A stretch of DNA of 64,000 bases, taken from NCBI RefSeq assembly GCF_006345805.1, contig NC_043022.1:3286001-3350000 (forward strand), read 5' to 3'. The DNA comes from Octopus sinensis. Taxonomy: Eukaryota. The translations under genes and the position numbers were made by a program. Numbering within the stretch: position 1 is the stretch's first letter; every line of letters starts with the position of its first letter. This document shows positions 60,557 through 64,000 of this stretch, piece by piece. Below the pieces are notes generated by a model. It worked only from the letters and a program-made list of their open reading frames with translations, was not told the DNA's origin and did no database searches.

Positions 60557-61915
60557 ATCAGTAACTTCTACATATGATTACTGTCAGTATCTTCCACATG
60601 TGGCTGCTATCAGTAACTTCTACATATGACTACTGTCAGTATCTTCCACATGTGGCTGCTATCAGTAACTTCTACATATGACTACTGTCAGTATCTTCCA
60701 CATGTGGCTGCTATCAGTAACTTCTACATATGACTACTGTCAGTATCTTCCACATGTGGCTGCTATCAGTAACTTCTACATATGACTACTGTCAGTATCT
60801 TCCACATGTGGCTGCTATCAGTAACTTCTACATATGACTACTGTCAGTATCTTCCACATGTGGCTGCTATCAGTAACTTCTACATATGACTACTGTCAGT
60901 ATCTTCCACATGTGGCTGCTATCAGTAACTTCTACATATGACTACTGTCAGTTATCTTCCACATGTGGCTGCTATCAGTAACTTCTACATATGACTACTG
61001 TCAGTATCTTCCACATGGGCTACTATCAGTAACTTCTACATATGACTACTGTCAGTATCTTCCACATGTGGCTGCTATCAGTAACTTCTACTATGACTAC
61101 TGTCAGTATCTTCCACAATGTGGCTGCTATCAGTAACTTCTACATATGACTATTGTCAGTATCTTTCACATGTGGCTGCTATCAGTAACTTCTACATATG
61201 ACTACTGTCAGTATCTTCACATGTGGCTGCTATCAGTAACTTCTACATATGACTACTGTCAGTATCTTCCACATGTGGTGCTATCAGTAACTTCTACATA
61301 TGATACTGTCAGCATCTTCACATGTGGCTGCTATCAGTAACTTCTACATATGACTACTGTCAGTATCTTCCACATGTGGCTGCTATCAGTAACTTCTACA
61401 TATGACTACTGTCAGTATCTTCCACATGTGGCTGCTATCAGTAACTTCTACATATGACTACTGTCAGCATCTTTCACATGTGGCTGCTATCAGTAACTTC
61501 TACATATGACTACTGTCAGCATCTTTCACATGTGGCTGCTATCAGTAACTTCTACATATGACTACTGTCAGCATCTTCCACATGTGGCTGCTATCAGTAA
61601 CTTCTACATATGACTACTGTCAGCATCTTTCACATGTGGCTGCTATCAGTAACCTCTACATATGACTACTGTCAGCATCTTTCACATGTGGCTGCTATCA
61701 GTAACTTCTACATATGACTACTGTCAGCATCTTCCACATGTGGCTGCTATCAGTAACTTCTACATATGACTACTGTCAGTATCTTCCACATGTGGCTGCT
61801 ATCAGTAACTTCTACATATGACTACTGTCAGTATCTTCCACATGTGGCTGCTATCAGTAACTTCTACATATGACTACTGTCAGTATCTTTCACATGTAAC
61901 TGTTGTCAGTAACTT
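60557..61915. repeat. 52-bp satellite (2 x 26-bp dimer), about 26 copies
   Basis: Unit TATCAGTAACTTCTACATATGACTAC-TGTCAGTATCTTCCACATGTGGCTGC; period 52 (60608 to 60660). Confidence 0.97.
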
Positions 61916-62336
61916 TGTACATACCATTGTCTATAACCTATACATGTGACAGTTGTTGATAACTTTCACATGTGGGAACTGCTGATGTCTCACCTGAGCC
62001 CAAAAGGTAACTGCTACATGATTGTCCAACAGGCTAGAGATAGCAACCAAATCTCCCTTGAGTCATACCCCATCATTTTAAATAAAGGGCACATTGGATG
62101 ATGTATTCCAAGATACATTTATGCCGCAATGAAATAGGGAACAGTCACAATTTGCACACCTTAAAATCATGGGCATGTGATAAGTCAGAACTGACCTAGG
62201 GCTAAATAACATCACATGATAATTCACATGACCAATTCATAGTACTTTGTTTCATATATATTTTATTTTTGTTGTTGTTTTAGGTGATAGCTTTTCATCC
62301 CTGTTGCTGTTGACTCTCTTCTCTTCAAATGTTAAT

Positions 62337-62866
62337 TTAAACCTTTTGATATCAAACTGCCTAAATAGCTCTTGGTTCTGTGACACAAACTTCTGATTTG
62401 AATTAATGTCTCCCATCAAAATTTCAGCTTAGTTTATGTGTATCAATCTTTAGATTAATTACACCACAGTTACTTTACTAAATTCTTAATTATTTCCAAA
62501 ATTAATTGAAACAAAAGCTGTGTATTTTAACAGCAATATGATAACAAAAGGGTTAAAATGATCTAAATGAAAACCTTTCTTCAAAATTCCATGTTAATTT
62601 ATGTTCCAAAAACCAGATTAATAAGTACAAAATTATTTTTGTGAATTCTTCACTATTTCCAAAATTTATTGGAAAAAAAGCATTGGATTTCAACAGAAAT
62701 ATAGAAACAAAAGTGAAAGTTATCTAAATTAAAACCTCTTATCAAAATTTCGTCTTAATCTATGTATCAAATGCAAGATTATTTTATTAAATTCATCATT
62801 ACTTTCAAAGTTAATTAAAACCAAAAACAGTGCATTTCAACAGATATATGCTAATAAAACGGTTAA
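62337..62866. repeat. Degenerate tandem piggyBac-type MITE units
   Basis: About three units related to the 38640-39320 array. Confidence 0.65.
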
Positions 62867-62876
62867 TAATTCAGTT

Positions 62877-63101
62877 CGAGCTGGCAGAAACGTTAGCACG
62901 CCGGGCGAAATGCTTAGCGGTATTTCGTCTGCGTTACGTTGTGAGTTCAAATTCCGTCGAGGTCGACTTTGCCTTTCATCCTTTCAGGGTCGATAAATTA
63001 AGTACCAGTTACGCACTGGGGTCGATGTAATCGACTTAATACCTATGTCTGTCCTTGTTTGTCCCCTCTGTGTTTAGCCCCTTGTGGGTAGTAAAGAAAT
63101 A
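62877..63101 (+). mobile_element. SINE family C
   Basis: TSD GGTTAATAATTC; ends about 43 nt upstream of the exon-5 acceptor. Confidence 0.9.
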
Positions 63102-63144
63102 GGTTAATAATTCTGTTCTTTCCCTTATCTTCCATCTCCATTAG

Positions 63145-63345
63145 GATGGGAGCAAAGCTGCTGATGGTGAATCGCGGGACGCAGATGAAGTTAGAAAAGT
63201 CACGTTAATGGCTGAACAGATCCACGATTTACACGTTGAACTGAACGGTGTTCGGACACACGTTTCTGGCTTGCACGCCGATTTGCAGTTGCGGGACCAG
63301 CAGCTGCAGCAAAAAGCCACAGAAGTTTCCGAACGTAACGCTAAG
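63145..63345 (+). CDS. BICDL1: BICDR/BICDL1-like, internal exon 5
   Basis: ccattag|GAT acceptor and AAG|gtaagt donor; 201 nt, phase 0-0. Encodes the coiled coil DGSKAADGESRDADEVRKVTLMAEQIHDLHVELNGVRTHVSGLHADLQLRDQQLQQKATEVSERNAK. Confidence 0.85.
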
Positions 63346-63480
63346 GTAAGTCAATCTTCATTAAAACTAGTGTTTCTCCATCATTTACTTTTCTCTATGG
63401 ACCCCTTTTTGATTCCTGTTTTACTCAGGTGGACCCGCATAACCATTCCACGCTTAACCCCTTGACGCCGGTATTACCCA

Positions 63481-63820
63481 AAGCGGCAGAAACGTTAGCA
63501 CGCCGGGCGAAATGCTTAGCGGTATTTCGTCTGTGTTACGTTGTGAGTTCAAATTCCGCCGAGGTCGACTTTGCCTTTCATCCTTTCGGGGGTCGATAAA
63601 TTAAGTACCAGTTACGCACTGGGGTCGATGCAATCGACTTAATACCTATATCTGTCCTTGTTTGTCCCCTCTGTGAGGTCAACTTTGCCTTTCATCCTTT
63701 CGGGGTCGATAAATTAAGTACCAGTTACGCACTGGGGTCAATGCAATCGACTTAATACCTATGTCTGTCCTTGTCTGTCCCCTCTGTGTTTAGCCCCTTG
63801 TGGGTAATAAAGAAATAGGT
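63481..63820 (+). mobile_element. SINE family C with an internal tandem duplication
   Basis: The core is repeated twice; TSD GGTATTACCCAAAGC. Confidence 0.88.
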
Positions 63821-64000
63821 ATTACCCAAAGCATGCGAGACACTGCTCTGGTTTTTTTTATCTAATGAGACTACACAAACACACAAGTGCCAACGAGCTC
63901 CCATTTACTCTTTTACTTGTTTCAGTCATTTGACTGCGGCCATGCTGGAGCACCGCCTTTAGTCGAGCAAATCAACCCCAGGACTTATTCTTGGTAAGCC

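Noticed and set aside
60557-61915. CRISPR-like regular array
   Set aside because: There are no unique spacers; it is a head-to-tail 52-bp satellite in a eukaryotic intron with no cas genes.

Overview
Eukaryotic, AT-rich and extremely repeat-dense genomic DNA. The SINE, MITE and RTE repertoire looks like a coleoid cephalopod, probably Octopus; this is recognition from memory, not a database result. The window lies inside one + strand gene. Five internal phase-0 coding exons (13905-14051, 15925-16110, 44731-44895, 50607-50834, 63145-63345) splice into a 309-aa coiled-coil segment resembling the BICD-family-like dynein cargo adaptor BICDL1/BICDR1. The start and stop codons are outside the window. 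The introns contain at least five families of SINEs or short retroposons, RTE, LINE and Penelope remnants, non-autonomous Helitrons, mariner, hAT and piggyBac-type elements (often nested), micro- and minisatellites, and a 52-bp satellite. The most notable observations are: (1) an intronic near-perfect antisense copy of the splice acceptor and first codons of exon 3, a candidate ADAR editing-complementary or splice-masking element; (2) four unrelated short elements carrying minimal hammerhead-ribozyme-like motifs next to microsatellites, one a near-perfect foldback, plus a decayed Penelope-like GIY-YIG element; (3) many long foldbacks and local templated duplications; (4) three separate 26-bp-period tandem arrays. 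Nearly all ORFs in the supplied track are repeat artefacts.
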